Notes: a model not told the origin generated them from the letters alone. A DNA stretch of 35,993 nucleotides from Ottowia sp. (GCA_018060485.1 JAGOVZ010000003.1:1-35993); one strand, 5' to 3'; shown: positions 15,645 to 26,879, counted from the first letter of the stretch. A program made the numbers and translations.

Positions 15645-16595
15645 ATGAAACCCATCGCCTTTGTTTTCCCGGGTCAGGGCTCGCAAGCCGTGGGCATGCT
15701 GGACGCCTGGGGCGATCACCCGGCGGTGCGCGAGACGCTGGCCGAAGCCTCCGACGCGCTGGGCGAGGACATCGGTGCGCTGATCGCCAATGGCCCCAAG
15801 GAAGACCTGGCGCTGACCACCAACACGCAGCCCGTGATGCTGGTGGCCGGCGTCGCCTGCTGGCGCGCCTGGCGGGCCGAGGGCGGCGCTCTGCCTGCCG
15901 CGGTGGCCGGTCATTCGCTGGGTGAATATTCCGCGCTGGTCGCCGCCGAGGCGCTGCCGCTGGCCGAAGCCGTGCCGCTGGTGCGCCTGCGCGCGCAGGC
16001 CATGCAGGAAGCCGTGCCGGTGGGTACCGGCGCCATGGCCGCCATCCTGGGTCTCGAAGCTTCTAAAGTGATAGCTGGCTGCGCAGAAGTGACGGGCGCC
16101 ATGGCCCAAAACGGCACTGAAGTGGTCGAAGCCGTCAACTTCAACGATCCGGTGCAAACGGTGATCGCCGGCACCAAGGCGGCGGTCGAAAAAGCCTGCG
16201 AAGTGCTCAAGGGCATGGGCGCCAAGCGCGCGCTGCCGCTGCCGGTGTCGGCGCCGTTCCACTCCAGCCTGATGAAGCCCGCCGCCGAGCGCCTCAAGGG
16301 CGCGCTGGAGGCGGTCGACTTCGCCGACCCGAAGATACCGGTCGTCAACAACATCGATGTGGCCATCGAAAGCGACCACGACCGCATCCGCGACGCGCTG
16401 TACCGCCAGGCGTTTGGGCCGGTGCGCTGGGTCGAATGCATCCACAAGATCAAGGCCATGGGCCTGCACACCGTGGTCGAATGCGGGCCGGGCAAGGTGC
16501 TGGCCGGCATGGTCAAGCGCATCGACGCCGATTTGACCGGCCTGGCCGTGTACGACCCGGCCACGCTGGCCGAGGCGAAGGCGCAGCTCGGCTGA
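15645..16595 (+). CDS. fabD: Malonyl-CoA:ACP transacylase
   Basis: FPGQGSQ, TQP, GHSLGEY, VSAPFHS, ECGPGKVL. Confidence 0.97.
   Translation: MKPIAFVFPGQGSQAVGMLDAWGDHPAVRETLAEASDALGEDIGALIANGPKEDLALTTNTQPVMLVAGVACWRAWRAEGGALPAAVAGHSLGEYSALVAAEALPLAEAVPLVRLRAQAMQEAVPVGTGAMAAILGLEASKVIAGCAEVTGAMAQNGTEVVEAVNFNDPVQTVIAGTKAAVEKACEVLKGMGAKRALPLPVSAPFHSSLMKPAAERLKGALEAVDFADPKIPVVNNIDVAIESDHDRIRDALYRQAFGPVRWVECIHKIKAMGLHTVVECGPGKVLAGMVKRIDADLTGLAVYDPATLAEAKAQLG
16059..16115 (+). repeat. Dispersed element, copy 8 (in-frame inside fabD)
   Basis: GCTTCTAAAGTGATAGC-TGGCT-GCGCAGA-AGTGA-CGGGCGC-CATGGCCCAAAA; encodes ASKVIAGCAEVTGAMAQN. Confidence 0.8.
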
Positions 16596-16598
16596 TTT

Positions 16599-16655
16599 GT
16601 TATTGTTTTGATAGCTGCTTGCGCTTGTCCACCAAGCGCTGGCGGCACGAAAGGC
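16599..16655 (+). repeat. Dispersed element, copy 9 (fabD-fabG intergenic)
   Basis: GTTATTGTTTTGATAGC-TGCTT-GCGCTTG-TCCAC-CAAGCGC-TGGCGGCACGAAAGG. Confidence 0.92.
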
Positions 16656-16659
16656 ATGA

Positions 16660-17409
16660 ATGTCTGAGGTGAATGGAGCAGTCCGCATCGCGCTGGTCAC
16701 GGGCGCCAGCCGCGGCATTGGCGCCGCCATTGCGCAAGAGCTGGCCGCGCGCGGCTACCGCGTCATCGGCACCGCCACCACCGAGGCCGGCGCCGAGAAA
16801 ATCAGCGCCGCGCTGGCCGCGCACGCAGGCTGCCGGGGCGCCGCGCTCGACGTCAACGATGCGGCGGCGGCCGAAGCCTTGATCGAAGCCATCGTCAAGG
16901 AACATGGCGCGCTGCACGTGCTGGTCAACAACGCCGGCATCACGCGCGACCAGCTGGCCATGCGCATGAAAGACGACGACTGGGACGCGGTGCTGGACAC
17001 CAACCTGAAAGCCGTCTTCCGCATGAGCCGCGCCGTCATGCGCCCGATGATGAAGCAGCGTCAGGGCCGCATCATCAACATCACCAGCGTGGTCGGCGCC
17101 TCGGGCAACCCCGGCCAGGCCAACTACGCCGCCGCCAAGGCCGGCGTGGCGGGCATGACGCGCGCGCTGGCGCGCGAGCTGGGCAGCCGCGGCATCACCG
17201 TGAACTGCGTGGCGCCGGGCTTCATCGCCACCGACATGACGGCCGCGCTGGGCGACGAGCAGCAAAAGGCGTTGACGGGCCAGATTCCGCTCGGCCGCCT
17301 CGGCGCGCCGGCCGACATTGCTGCCGCGGTGGCGTACTTGGCCAGCCCCGAAGCCGGCTACGTGACGGGTCAGGAGCTGCACGTCAACGGCGGCATGTTC
17401 ATGGCCTGA
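16660..17409 (+). CDS. fabG: 3-oxoacyl-ACP reductase
   Basis: TGASRGIG, NNAGITRD, YAAAK, VAPGFIATDM. Confidence 0.97.
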   Translation: MSEVNGAVRIALVTGASRGIGAAIAQELAARGYRVIGTATTEAGAEKISAALAAHAGCRGAALDVNDAAAAEALIEAIVKEHGALHVLVNNAGITRDQLAMRMKDDDWDAVLDTNLKAVFRMSRAVMRPMMKQRQGRIINITSVVGASGNPGQANYAAAKAGVAGMTRALARELGSRGITVNCVAPGFIATDMTAALGDEQQKALTGQIPLGRLGAPADIAAAVAYLASPEAGYVTGQELHVNGGMFMA

Positions 17410-17468
17410 CGGCCTACACTATTTCACCCCTGCCGGCCACCGCCCGGGATGGCGGTAAGCGCAGGTAA

Positions 17469-17738
<270 letters not shown>

Positions 17739-17848
17739 GGCGCGGCGCCCTCAGGCGCCCAGCGCAGGCAGCGGCCAGTAGGGGGCTGCGTGCCGCCACG
17801 GCCGGCCGGTAGGGCCGGCTTTGTTCATAGACCGTCCAACAAGATCCG

Positions 17849-19099
<1,251 letters not shown>

Positions 19100-19139
19100 G
19101 GTTCTGCCGCGTCTTGCTCGATAGGCGCGCGGGGGTGTG

Positions 19140-19634
19140 ATGGATCGGGCGCCTTCGGTGGTCTATCCCGTCGGTCGCACGCGCGCCCTGGCTTGGGTGC
19201 TGGCGGTGCTGGCCGGCAGCGGTGCCGCGCTCTTGTTTTCAGTGCTTTTTCGGCCTCTGGCGCACGTGCAGCGTGCGCCGGCAGCTATTGTTTTGATAGT
19301 TTCATGGTTGGGCGCCGCGGCAGCGATGTGGCAATTCTGGCGCCGCCAGCGCCGGCGCCAGTTGCGCTGGGACGGCGAATGCTGGTTCGTCGGCGCGCCG
19401 ACCGATGCCGAGGAGCAGGGCGGCGGGGGCGCTCGGGTCGAGGTGCGCTGGGATGCGCAGCGCTGGATGCTGCTGTGGTTTCATCCCGGCGCTGCCGGCG
19501 AGCGCGGGCGGTGGCTGTGGGCCGAAGCGGCAAGCGAGCCCGCGCGCTGGCACCTGCTGCGCTGTGCGCTATATTTACCGCTGACTTCGGCATCTGTCGG
19601 CGCTCCGCCGTCATCCGAGGCAGGACGCGCCTGA
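19140..19634 (+). CDS. Hypothetical membrane protein (YgfX-like, two TM segments)
   Basis: APSVVYPVGR start, two hydrophobic segments, LRWDG..W and WHLLRCALY; sits between fabF and rpoE. Confidence 0.7.
   Translation: MDRAPSVVYPVGRTRALAWVLAVLAGSGAALLFSVLFRPLAHVQRAPAAIVLIVSWLGAAAAMWQFWRRQRRRQLRWDGECWFVGAPTDAEEQGGGGARVEVRWDAQRWMLLWFHPGAAGERGRWLWAEAASEPARWHLLRCALYLPLTSASVGAPPSSEAGRA
19244..19300 (-). repeat. Dispersed element, copy 10 (antisense, in-frame inside ygfX-like gene)
   Basis: Minus strand: ACTATCAAAACAATAGC-TGCCG-GCGCACG-CTGCA-CGTGCGC-CAGAGGCCGAAAAAG; plus strand encodes LFRPLAHVQRAPAAIVLIV. Confidence 0.9.
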
Positions 19635-19670
19635 TGTCGGGCGCGTCTTTGTTTTGAGGCTTGTTTTTTC

Positions 19671-20303
19671 TTGACCGACCGTTCCGCAGCCCCTCCCGCC
19701 CCGACCGACAGCGACGCGCTGCTGGTCGAGCGCGCGGCCGCGGGCGACCACCGCGCCTACGAGTTGCTGGTCATCAAGTACCAGCGCCGCATCGAGCGCC
19801 TGATCGGCCGCATGGTGCGCGACGTCGACCTGGTGCCCGACATCGCGCAGGAGACCTTCATCCGCGCCTGGCGCGCGCTGCACCAGTTCCGCGGCGACGC
19901 CCAGTTCTACACCTGGCTCTACCGCATCGCCGTCAACACGGCCAAGAAGTCGCTCATGGAGCTCAAGCGTGATCCGGTGATGACCGAATCGGCGCTGAAA
20001 TCCGTCGATGACGACGATGAAACTTCCCGGCGCGAGAACGAACTAACCTCCGAATCCACGCCGGAATCGGAACTGGCGGCCCGCGAAATCGCCGCCGCCG
20101 TGAACGCCGCGATGGAGGCTTTGCCCGAGGATTTGCGCCAGGCCGTCACGCTGCGCGAGATCGAGGGCCTGAGTTATGAAGAGATTGCGGAAGCCATGAA
20201 TTGCCCGATCGGCACGGTGCGCTCGCGGATTTTCCGGGCGCGCGAGGCGATTTCAGCCAGGGTCAAGCCCTTGCTGAGCCACCAGACAGGCAAGCGTTGG
20301 TAA
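19671..20303 (+). CDS. rpoE: RNA polymerase sigma-E factor
   Basis: DIAQETFIRA, FYTWLYRIAVNTAK, LREIEGLSYEEIA..MNCPIGTVRSRIFRAR; TTG start. Confidence 0.96.
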   Translation: MTDRSAAPPAPTDSDALLVERAAAGDHRAYELLVIKYQRRIERLIGRMVRDVDLVPDIAQETFIRAWRALHQFRGDAQFYTWLYRIAVNTAKKSLMELKRDPVMTESALKSVDDDDETSRRENELTSESTPESELAAREIAAAVNAAMEALPEDLRQAVTLREIEGLSYEEIAEAMNCPIGTVRSRIFRAREAISARVKPLLSHQTGKRW

Positions 20304-20337
20304 AGGTGGATGGGAAGAAACGGTAACGGTGGTCATC

Positions 20338-20979
20338 ATGAAGACTCAACTTGACATTCCATGTGATCGTGAAACGGTGTCGGCGCTGATGGACGGGCAA
20401 CTGTCCGGCGCGCAAGCCGCTATGGCGGTGCAATCGATGGCCTCGGCCGAGGCGCGCGAATGCTGGCATGTCTATCACCTGGTGGGCGATGTGCTGCGCT
20501 CCACCGATCTGGCTGCCTGCGGCCACGATGCGGCGTTCGTGGCGCGCCTCGCCGCTCGGCTCCAGCACGAAACACCGGCGTTTGAGGCGCTGCCTGCTTT
20601 GGCAAAGCCCGCAATGCCGGATGTCGCCCGTCCCGCCGCCAACGATGGCGTGTTCCGCTGGAAGCTGGTGGCTGGCCTGGCGTCGTTTGCGGCTGTGGCG
20701 GCCATCGGCTGGGGTGCGTTGGGCAGCATCGGCCCGCAGCCCGGCGCCGGCGCGCAATTGGCGCGCAGTGCGGCGCCCGCCGTGGGCACGACGCAAGTCA
20801 TGGCGCTCGCAGCGCCAGTGCCGGCGGCCTCGCAAGCGGCCGACATGGCCCCGGTGATGCTGCGCGATGCGCGTCTCGACGAGTTGCTGGCCGCGCACCG
20901 CCAGACGGTGGGCGCATCGGCGCTCGGCAACGCCGCGGGCTTCTTGCGCAACGCCACCTTCGAGGGACCAGGACGTTGA
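20338..20979 (+). CDS. rseA: Anti-sigma-E factor RseA
   Basis: VSALMDGQL, WHVYHLVGDVLR, TM segment, MLRDARLDELLAAHRQ; follows rpoE. Confidence 0.9.
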   Translation: MKTQLDIPCDRETVSALMDGQLSGAQAAMAVQSMASAEARECWHVYHLVGDVLRSTDLAACGHDAAFVARLAARLQHETPAFEALPALAKPAMPDVARPAANDGVFRWKLVAGLASFAAVAAIGWGALGSIGPQPGAGAQLARSAAPAVGTTQVMALAAPVPAASQAADMAPVMLRDARLDELLAAHRQTVGASALGNAAGFLRNATFEGPGR

Positions 20980-22073
20980 TCGCGGGCCTGTCGTCGGGCG
21001 ATCGTGCAGCCGGCGCGCGCCGCGTGCCGGCGCGCGGGTGGCGTCTGCGCCTGCGTCAAGCGGCGGTGATCTGGTGCGCCGGCAGCCTTGTCACGCTGGC
21101 GGGCGCGCAAACCGGCGGCTCGTTTGGCGGCGGTGCGTCCGAACGCCCCATCGGCCCGCCGCAACGCAGCATGGCGGAATGGCTGGTAAGGCTGCAGCAG
21201 GGATCGCGTGTGCCCTCGTATGTGGGCACCTTCGTGGTGTCGTCGGCGTCGGGCGCCATGTCGAGCGCGCGCATCTGGCACGTGTGCGAGGGCGATGTGC
21301 AGATCGAGCGCGTAGAAGCGCTGACCGGCGCGCCGCGCTCCACCTTTCGTCGCAACGATTCGGTGATGACGTTTTTGCCGGATGCGCGCGTGGTCAAGCT
21401 TGACAAAAGCGAGTCGGGCGGCATCTTCCCCAATCTGCTGAACATCAACCAGGCTTTCCCGACGTCCGACTTCTACGCCTCGCGCGAACTGGGTCAGGGC
21501 AGGGTGGCCGGTTTCGACGCCGACATCGTGATGCTGAGCCCTCGCGACGAGTGGCGCTATGGCTATCGAATCTGGAGCGAGAAGCGCACCGGGCTGGTGG
21601 TCAAGACGCAAACCGTCGATGCGGGCGGCCGCGTGCTGGAGCAGGCGGCGTTCTCTGAATTGCAACTCGGCGTACCGGTGCAGGCCGACAAGCTGCGGCA
21701 GATGATGGGCAGCACCGAGGGCTATCGGGTCGTCAAGGCCGAGCGCACGCGCACCACGCCGGAAGCCGAAGGCTGGCAGCTGAAAAACCCCGTGCCGGGT
21801 TTCAGGTCTGAGAACTTCTATCGCCGCTCGGCCGCCAAAGAGTCGCCCTTGGTGCAGTGGATTTTTTCCGATGGGCTGGTCACGGTGTCGCTGTTCATGG
21901 AGCCGTTTGACCGCCAGCGCCATCAGGGCGAAGGCGTGGCATCCATGGGCGCCACGCACACCCTGACGCGTCGCCTGGTCGATCGCGCGGGCGACTGGTG
22001 GGTCACTGCGGTGGGCGAGGTGCCTCTGCCCACTTTGCAGGCCTTTGTGCAGGGCCTGCAGCGGCGGCCGTGA
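20976..22073 (+). CDS. rseB: RseB/MucB sigma-E regulatory protein
   Basis: SYVGTFVV, RYGYRIW..KRTGL, FSDGLVTVSLF, TAVGEVP; start uncertain. Confidence 0.88.
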   Translation: MIAGLSSGDRAAGARRVPARGWRLRLRQAAVIWCAGSLVTLAGAQTGGSFGGGASERPIGPPQRSMAEWLVRLQQGSRVPSYVGTFVVSSASGAMSSARIWHVCEGDVQIERVEALTGAPRSTFRRNDSVMTFLPDARVVKLDKSESGGIFPNLLNINQAFPTSDFYASRELGQGRVAGFDADIVMLSPRDEWRYGYRIWSEKRTGLVVKTQTVDAGGRVLEQAAFSELQLGVPVQADKLRQMMGSTEGYRVVKAERTRTTPEAEGWQLKNPVPGFRSENFYRRSAAKESPLVQWIFSDGLVTVSLFMEPFDRQRHQGEGVASMGATHTLTRRLVDRAGDWWVTAVGEVPLPTLQAFVQGLQRRP

Positions 22074-22125
22074 GCTCGGCAGTGCGATGCCGTGCGGCGA
22101 TGAATCAATGAGAGTGGAGAGTTCT

Positions 22126-23625
22126 ATGTCGATGATGAGAAAGCAATGGGGCCTGATCGCCCTGGCGACGCCGCTGTTGTTGGCTGGATCGTTGGCCTTG
22201 CCGACGACCGCCGCGGCCCAGGGGCCGGCCGCCGTGGCGCCTTCGGTGCGTGGCCTGCCCGATTTCACCGATCTGGTCGATCAGGTCGGCCCGGCGGTGG
22301 TCAACATCCGCACGGTGGAGCGCATGCGCGCCGGCGCCGCCGGCCGCGGCGGGCAGATGGATCAGGAAATGCAGGAGTTCTTCCGGCGTTTCTTTGGCAT
22401 CCCCATGCCCAATACACCACGCCCGCAAGGCCCACGCGCCGATCCTCAGGAGCAACCCGAACGTGAAGGGCCGCGCGGTGTGGGCTCGGGCTTCATCATT
22501 TCGGCCGATGGCTTCGTGATGACCAATGCGCACGTGGTCGATGGCGCGGACGAAGTGCTGGTCACGCTGCCCGACAAGCGCGAGTTCAAGGCCAAGCTCA
22601 TCGGCGCCGACAAGCGGACCGACGTGGCGGTGGTCAAGATCGATTCCACGGGCTTGCCCTTCGTGCGCATTGGCGACGTCAATCGCCTGCGCGTCGGCGA
22701 ATGGGTGATGGCCATCGGCTCGCCCTTCGGGCTGGAAAACACGGTCACCGCCGGCATCGTCAGCGCCAAGCAGCGCGATACGGGCGACTACCTGCCCTTC
22801 ATCCAGACCGACGTGGCCGTCAACCCGGGCAACTCGGGCGGCCCGCTGATCAACATGCGCGGCGAGGTGGTCGGCGTCAACAGCCAGATCTATTCGCGCT
22901 CGGGCGGTTTCATGGGCATCTCGTTCGCCATTCCCATCGACGAAGCCATGCGCGTGAGCGAGCAACTGCGCAGCAGCGGGCGCGTCACGCGCGGCCGCAT
23001 CGGCGTGCAGATTGCCGAGGTGACGCGCGAGGTGGCCGAATCCATCGGTCTCGGCAAGCCGCAAGGCGCGCTGGTGCGCAGTGTCGAGACTGGATCTCCG
23101 GCGGACAAGGCGGGCATCGAGGCGGGCGACATCATCACCCGCTTCGAGGGTCGGGCCATCGAGAAGGCGTCTGACCTGCCGCGCCTGGTGGGCAATGCCA
23201 AGCCGGGCAGCCGCGGCGCCATCACGGTGTTTCGCCGCGGCCAGTCGCGCGACCTGAACGTGACGGTGGCCGAGCTTGAACCGGAGCAGACAGCCAACGC
23301 CCGGCGCCCGGCCGCGCGCAGCAGCGAGCCGGCCAAGCCGGCCGGCGCCGGCCAGGCGCTCGGCCTCACGGTCACCGATCTCACGGAGGCGCAGAAGAAA
23401 GAGCTGAAAGCCAAGCGCGGCGTGCGGGTGGAGGCGGCCGCCGACGCCGGTGCGCGCGCCGGCTTGCGCGAGGGCGACGTGATTCTTTCAGTCGCCAATG
23501 TCGACATCCAGAACGTGCGTGAGTTCGAAGCTGCGGTGGCCAAGGCCGACCGCAGCAAGCCGATCAATATGCTGGTGCAGCGGGGCGAATTGGTGCAGTT
23601 CGTACTGGTCCGGCCGCCCCGCTGA
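22126..23625 (+). CDS. degP: DegP/MucD-type periplasmic serine protease with two PDZ domains
   Basis: LPDFTDLV, GSGFII, TNAHVV, TDVAV, NPGNSGGPL; GGAGAG RBS before ATG 22126. Confidence 0.93.
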   Translation: MSMMRKQWGLIALATPLLLAGSLALPTTAAAQGPAAVAPSVRGLPDFTDLVDQVGPAVVNIRTVERMRAGAAGRGGQMDQEMQEFFRRFFGIPMPNTPRPQGPRADPQEQPEREGPRGVGSGFIISADGFVMTNAHVVDGADEVLVTLPDKREFKAKLIGADKRTDVAVVKIDSTGLPFVRIGDVNRLRVGEWVMAIGSPFGLENTVTAGIVSAKQRDTGDYLPFIQTDVAVNPGNSGGPLINMRGEVVGVNSQIYSRSGGFMGISFAIPIDEAMRVSEQLRSSGRVTRGRIGVQIAEVTREVAESIGLGKPQGALVRSVETGSPADKAGIEAGDIITRFEGRAIEKASDLPRLVGNAKPGSRGAITVFRRGQSRDLNVTVAELEPEQTANARRPAARSSEPAKPAGAGQALGLTVTDLTEAQKKELKAKRGVRVEAAADAGARAGLREGDVILSVANVDIQNVREFEAAVAKADRSKPINMLVQRGELVQFVLVRPPR

Positions 23626-23641
23626 TCGGGTCGATGGCAGG

Positions 23642-23678
23642 AAAAGCCCCAACCCGCAGTCAGGTTTGGGGCTTTTTT
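23642..23678 (+). terminator. Rho-independent terminator after degP
   Basis: AAAAGCCCCAA...TTGGGGCTTTTTT. Confidence 0.85.
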
Positions 23679-24025
23679 GCGACGGCTTGACGGGCCGCGC
23701 TGAATTCACCGATGGCGGTGCGCGCTCCTCTTTGCGAGGAGCTAATACCGATTTGGATAGAATTGGCGCCTCGAAAATCTGTTTATCTGAATATCGAACG
23801 CCTTTGCCACCACGATGTGGCACGTTTCGCGGCAATCCACCGGAAGTCCACAAGCGCATGGCAAGTTGTTCAGAATCTATCGCATCGAAATTGTTAATAA
23901 GCTGTTGATAAATATTCGTTGCAGCGTCACAACGACGCCGGCACCGCGAACTTGGGTCATCCGCCGACGCGCTTTTTGCCTACAATGAAGGCCCAACTAT
24001 CGCAGTTGCCATAGATTGTTGGTTG

Positions 24026-24058
24026 AGGGCGCGTCATATCACTGGCGCGCCCTTTTTT
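24026..24058 (+). terminator. Terminator-like hairpin in the lepA 5' leader
   Basis: AGGGCGCGTCA-TATCAC-TGGCGCGCCCT-TTTTT, downstream of TACAAT (23981-23986). Confidence 0.6.
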
Positions 24059-24102
24059 CATGTGCGCTTACTGCTAAGTCAAATACTTGCCTGCATTCGT
24101 TG

Positions 24103-25911
24103 ATGGACCACATCAGAAATTTTTCAATCATTGCGCACATCGATCATGGCAAGTCCACGCTCGCTGATCGTCTCATCGCGCGCTGCGGTGGTCTGTCTGA
24201 TCGCGAGATGAGCGAGCAGGTGCTCGACTCGATGGACATCGAGAAAGAGCGGGGGATAACCATCAAGGCGCAGACCGCCGCGCTGCAGTACACCGCACGC
24301 AATGGACAGGTCTACAACCTCAATCTGATCGACACGCCGGGCCACGTCGACTTCTCTTATGAAGTGTCGCGCTCTCTGTCGGCATGCGAAGGTGCGCTGC
24401 TCGTCGTCGATGCCTCGCAAGGTGTCGAAGCGCAGACGGTGGCCAACTGCTACACCGCGCTCGATTTGGGCGTCGAGGTGCTGCCAGTGCTCAACAAGAT
24501 GGATTTGCCGCAGGCCGATCCTGACAACGCCAAGGCCGAGATCGAGGACGTGATCGGCATCGACGCATCGGATGCCATCGCCATCTCGGCCAAGACCGGC
24601 ATGGGCATCGACGATGTGCTCGAGCAGATCGTCGCCAAGGTGCCGGCGCCGCGTGGCCAGCCCAACGCGCCACTGCGCGCCATGATCATCGATTCTTGGT
24701 TCGACTCCTATGTGGGTGTCGTCATGCTGGTGCGCGTGGTCGATGGCCGGCTGCAAAAGGGTGAGCGCTTCAAGATGATGGCCACCGGTGCCGCCTACGA
24801 AGCCAACAACCTGGGCGTATTCACGCCGGCCACGCTGCCGCGCGACGAATTGAAGGCCGGCGAGGTGGGCTACATCATTGCCGGCATCAAGGAATTGAAG
24901 GCGGCCAAGGTGGGCGACACCATCACGCTGGAGAAAAAGCTGCCCAACAACCTGGGCCCGGCTGAGAAGGCGCTGCCGGGCTTCAAGGAGATCCAGCCGC
25001 AGGTGTTTGCCGGCCTGTACCCGACCGAGGCTAACCAGTACGACGCGCTGCGCGACTCGCTGGAAAAACTGCAGCTCAACGATGCTTCGCTGCACTTCGA
25101 GCCCGAAGTCAGCCAGGCGCTGGGCTTTGGCTTTCGCTGCGGCTTTCTCGGCCTGCTGCACATGGAGATCGTGCAGGAGCGGCTGGAGCGCGAGTTCGAC
25201 CAGGACCTGATCACCACCGCGCCGAGCGTGGTCTATCAGGTGGAGAAGGCCGACGGCGAAGTGCTGATGGTGGAAAACCCATCGAAGATGCCCGACCAGG
25301 GCAAGATCAACGAGATCCGCGAGCCCATCGTCACCGTGCACCTGTACATGCCGCAGGAATACGTCGGCCCGGTGATGACGCTGGCCAACCAGAAGCGCGG
25401 CGTGCAGCTCAACATGGCCTACCACGGGCGCCAGGTCATGCTGACCTACGAGCTGCCGCTCGGCGAAATCGTGCTCGACTTCTTCGACAAGCTCAAAAGC
25501 GTGTCGCGCGGCTACGCCAGCATGGACTACGAGTTCAAGGAATACCGCCCGTCCGACGTCGTCAAGGTCGACATCCTGCTCAACGGCGAGAAGGTCGATG
25601 CGCTGTCGATCATCGTGCACCGCAGCCAGAGCCAGTACCGCGGCCGGGCCGTGGCGGCCAAGATGCGCGAGATCATCAGTCGCCAGCAGTTCGATGTCGC
25701 CATCCAGGCAGCGATCGGTGCCAACGTGATCGCGCGCGAGAACATCAAGGCGCTGCGCAAGAACGTGCTGGCAAAATGCTATGGCGGCGACATCACCCGC
25801 AAACGCAAGCTATTGGAAAAGCAGAAGGCAGGCAAGAAGCGCATGAAGCAGATTGGTTCGGTTGAGGTGCCCCAGGAAGCGTTCCTGGCCATTCTGCAGG
25901 TGGAGGATTGA
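24103..25911 (+). CDS. lepA: Elongation factor 4 (LepA)
   Basis: [50 protein letters not shown]. Confidence 0.98.
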   Translation: MDHIRNFSIIAHIDHGKSTLADRLIARCGGLSDREMSEQVLDSMDIEKERGITIKAQTAALQYTARNGQVYNLNLIDTPGHVDFSYEVSRSLSACEGALLVVDASQGVEAQTVANCYTALDLGVEVLPVLNKMDLPQADPDNAKAEIEDVIGIDASDAIAISAKTGMGIDDVLEQIVAKVPAPRGQPNAPLRAMIIDSWFDSYVGVVMLVRVVDGRLQKGERFKMMATGAAYEANNLGVFTPATLPRDELKAGEVGYIIAGIKELKAAKVGDTITLEKKLPNNLGPAEKALPGFKEIQPQVFAGLYPTEANQYDALRDSLEKLQLNDASLHFEPEVSQALGFGFRCGFLGLLHMEIVQERLEREFDQDLITTAPSVVYQVEKADGEVLMVENPSKMPDQGKINEIREPIVTVHLYMPQEYVGPVMTLANQKRGVQLNMAYHGRQVMLTYELPLGEIVLDFFDKLKSVSRGYASMDYEFKEYRPSDVVKVDILLNGEKVDALSIIVHRSQSQYRGRAVAAKMREIISRQQFDVAIQAAIGANVIARENIKALRKNVLAKCYGGDITRKRKLLEKQKAGKKRMKQIGSVEVPQEAFLAILQVED

Positions 25912-26879
25912 TGCCGATCCTGACCGCCATCATCCTCGCCGCCTTCGTCGGCTACGGCGCCTCATGGTACTTCGGCGCCATCGAGGGCAACTTCGCGCTG
26001 CTGCTGTTCATGGCCACCGTGGTCACTGGTGTCTACTGGCTGGCCGAGCGCTTCATCTTCCTGCCGCGCCGTCAGGCCGCTGCCGCCGCGCTGCAGCAAC
26101 AGGCCGACCAGCGCCGCACCGAGCTGGCCGCGCAGGGCATCACGCAGGTCGACGAGGGCGACATGGCGCGCGCGCGCGAGCGCGTGCTGGCGCAGCCCTG
26201 GTGGCTCGACTGGACGGCCGGGCTGTTCCCCGTGATCCTGATCGTGTTCGCGCTGCGCTCGTTTGTGTTCGAGCCGTTCAAGATCCCGTCCGGCTCCATG
26301 ATCCCCACGCTGCTGGTGGGCGACCTGATCCTGGTGAACAAGTTCACCTACGGGCTGAAGCTGCCGGTCGTCAATAGCCGCCTGACCGAGGGCAATGCCG
26401 TGCAGCGCGGCGACGTCGTGGTTTTTCGCTATCCGCCGCAGCCGAGCGTGGATTACATCAAGCGTGTGGTTGGATTGCCGGGTGACGAGGTGGCGTATCT
26501 CAATAAGCGGCTGACCATCAACGGTCAGCCGGTGGCCACCACCGCAGTCTCCGACTTCTTCGACGAGTCGACCATGGAGTACTTCAAGCAGTTCGACGAG
26601 CAACTGGGCGTGAAAAATCACCGGATCATCGTTGACGAGCGCCGTCCGGGCTTTGTCGCCGGTGCGTTCGACTTCCAGTACAAGGACAATTGCCGCTACA
26701 ACGTCGAGGGCGTGACCTGCAAGGTGCCCGAGGGCCAGTATTTCGTGATGGGTGACAACCGCGACAATTCGCTGGATTCGCGCTTCTGGGGTTTCGTGCC
26801 CGACCGCAACATCGTCGGCAAGGCCTTCTTCGTGTGGATGAACTTCGGCGACCTCAAGCGCATCGGCTCCTTCAATTGA
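25911..26879 (+). CDS. lepB: Signal peptidase I
   Basis: EPFKIPSGSMIPTL, DYIKRVVGLPGD, MGDNRDNSLDSR; TGATG overlap with lepA. Confidence 0.97.
   Translation: MPILTAIILAAFVGYGASWYFGAIEGNFALLLFMATVVTGVYWLAERFIFLPRRQAAAAALQQQADQRRTELAAQGITQVDEGDMARARERVLAQPWWLDWTAGLFPVILIVFALRSFVFEPFKIPSGSMIPTLLVGDLILVNKFTYGLKLPVVNSRLTEGNAVQRGDVVVFRYPPQPSVDYIKRVVGLPGDEVAYLNKRLTINGQPVATTAVSDFFDESTMEYFKQFDEQLGVKNHRIIVDERRPGFVAGAFDFQYKDNCRYNVEGVTCKVPEGQYFVMGDNRDNSLDSRFWGFVPDRNIVGKAFFVWMNFGDLKRIGSFN

Noticed and set aside
17739-17848. GC-rich hairpins between acpP and fabF as an ncRNA
   Set aside because: Short stems are expected at this GC content and probably tune acpP versus fabF levels; no recognisable RNA family.
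23948-23975. GAACTT upstream of lepA as a sigma-E promoter
   Set aside because: No TCTRA-like -10 at 16-17 bp spacing.
24016-24102. N-terminal extensions suggested by the ORF track for LepA (and likewise XdhC, DegP, RecO, PdxJ)
   Set aside because: Family-typical starts, RBSs or stop-start overlaps lie downstream; the extensions cross hairpins or neighbouring genes.
25801-25830. CAAGCTATTGGAAAAGCAG in lepA as an element remnant
   Set aside because: Only GCTAT matches; it encodes the conserved KRKLLEKQK motif.
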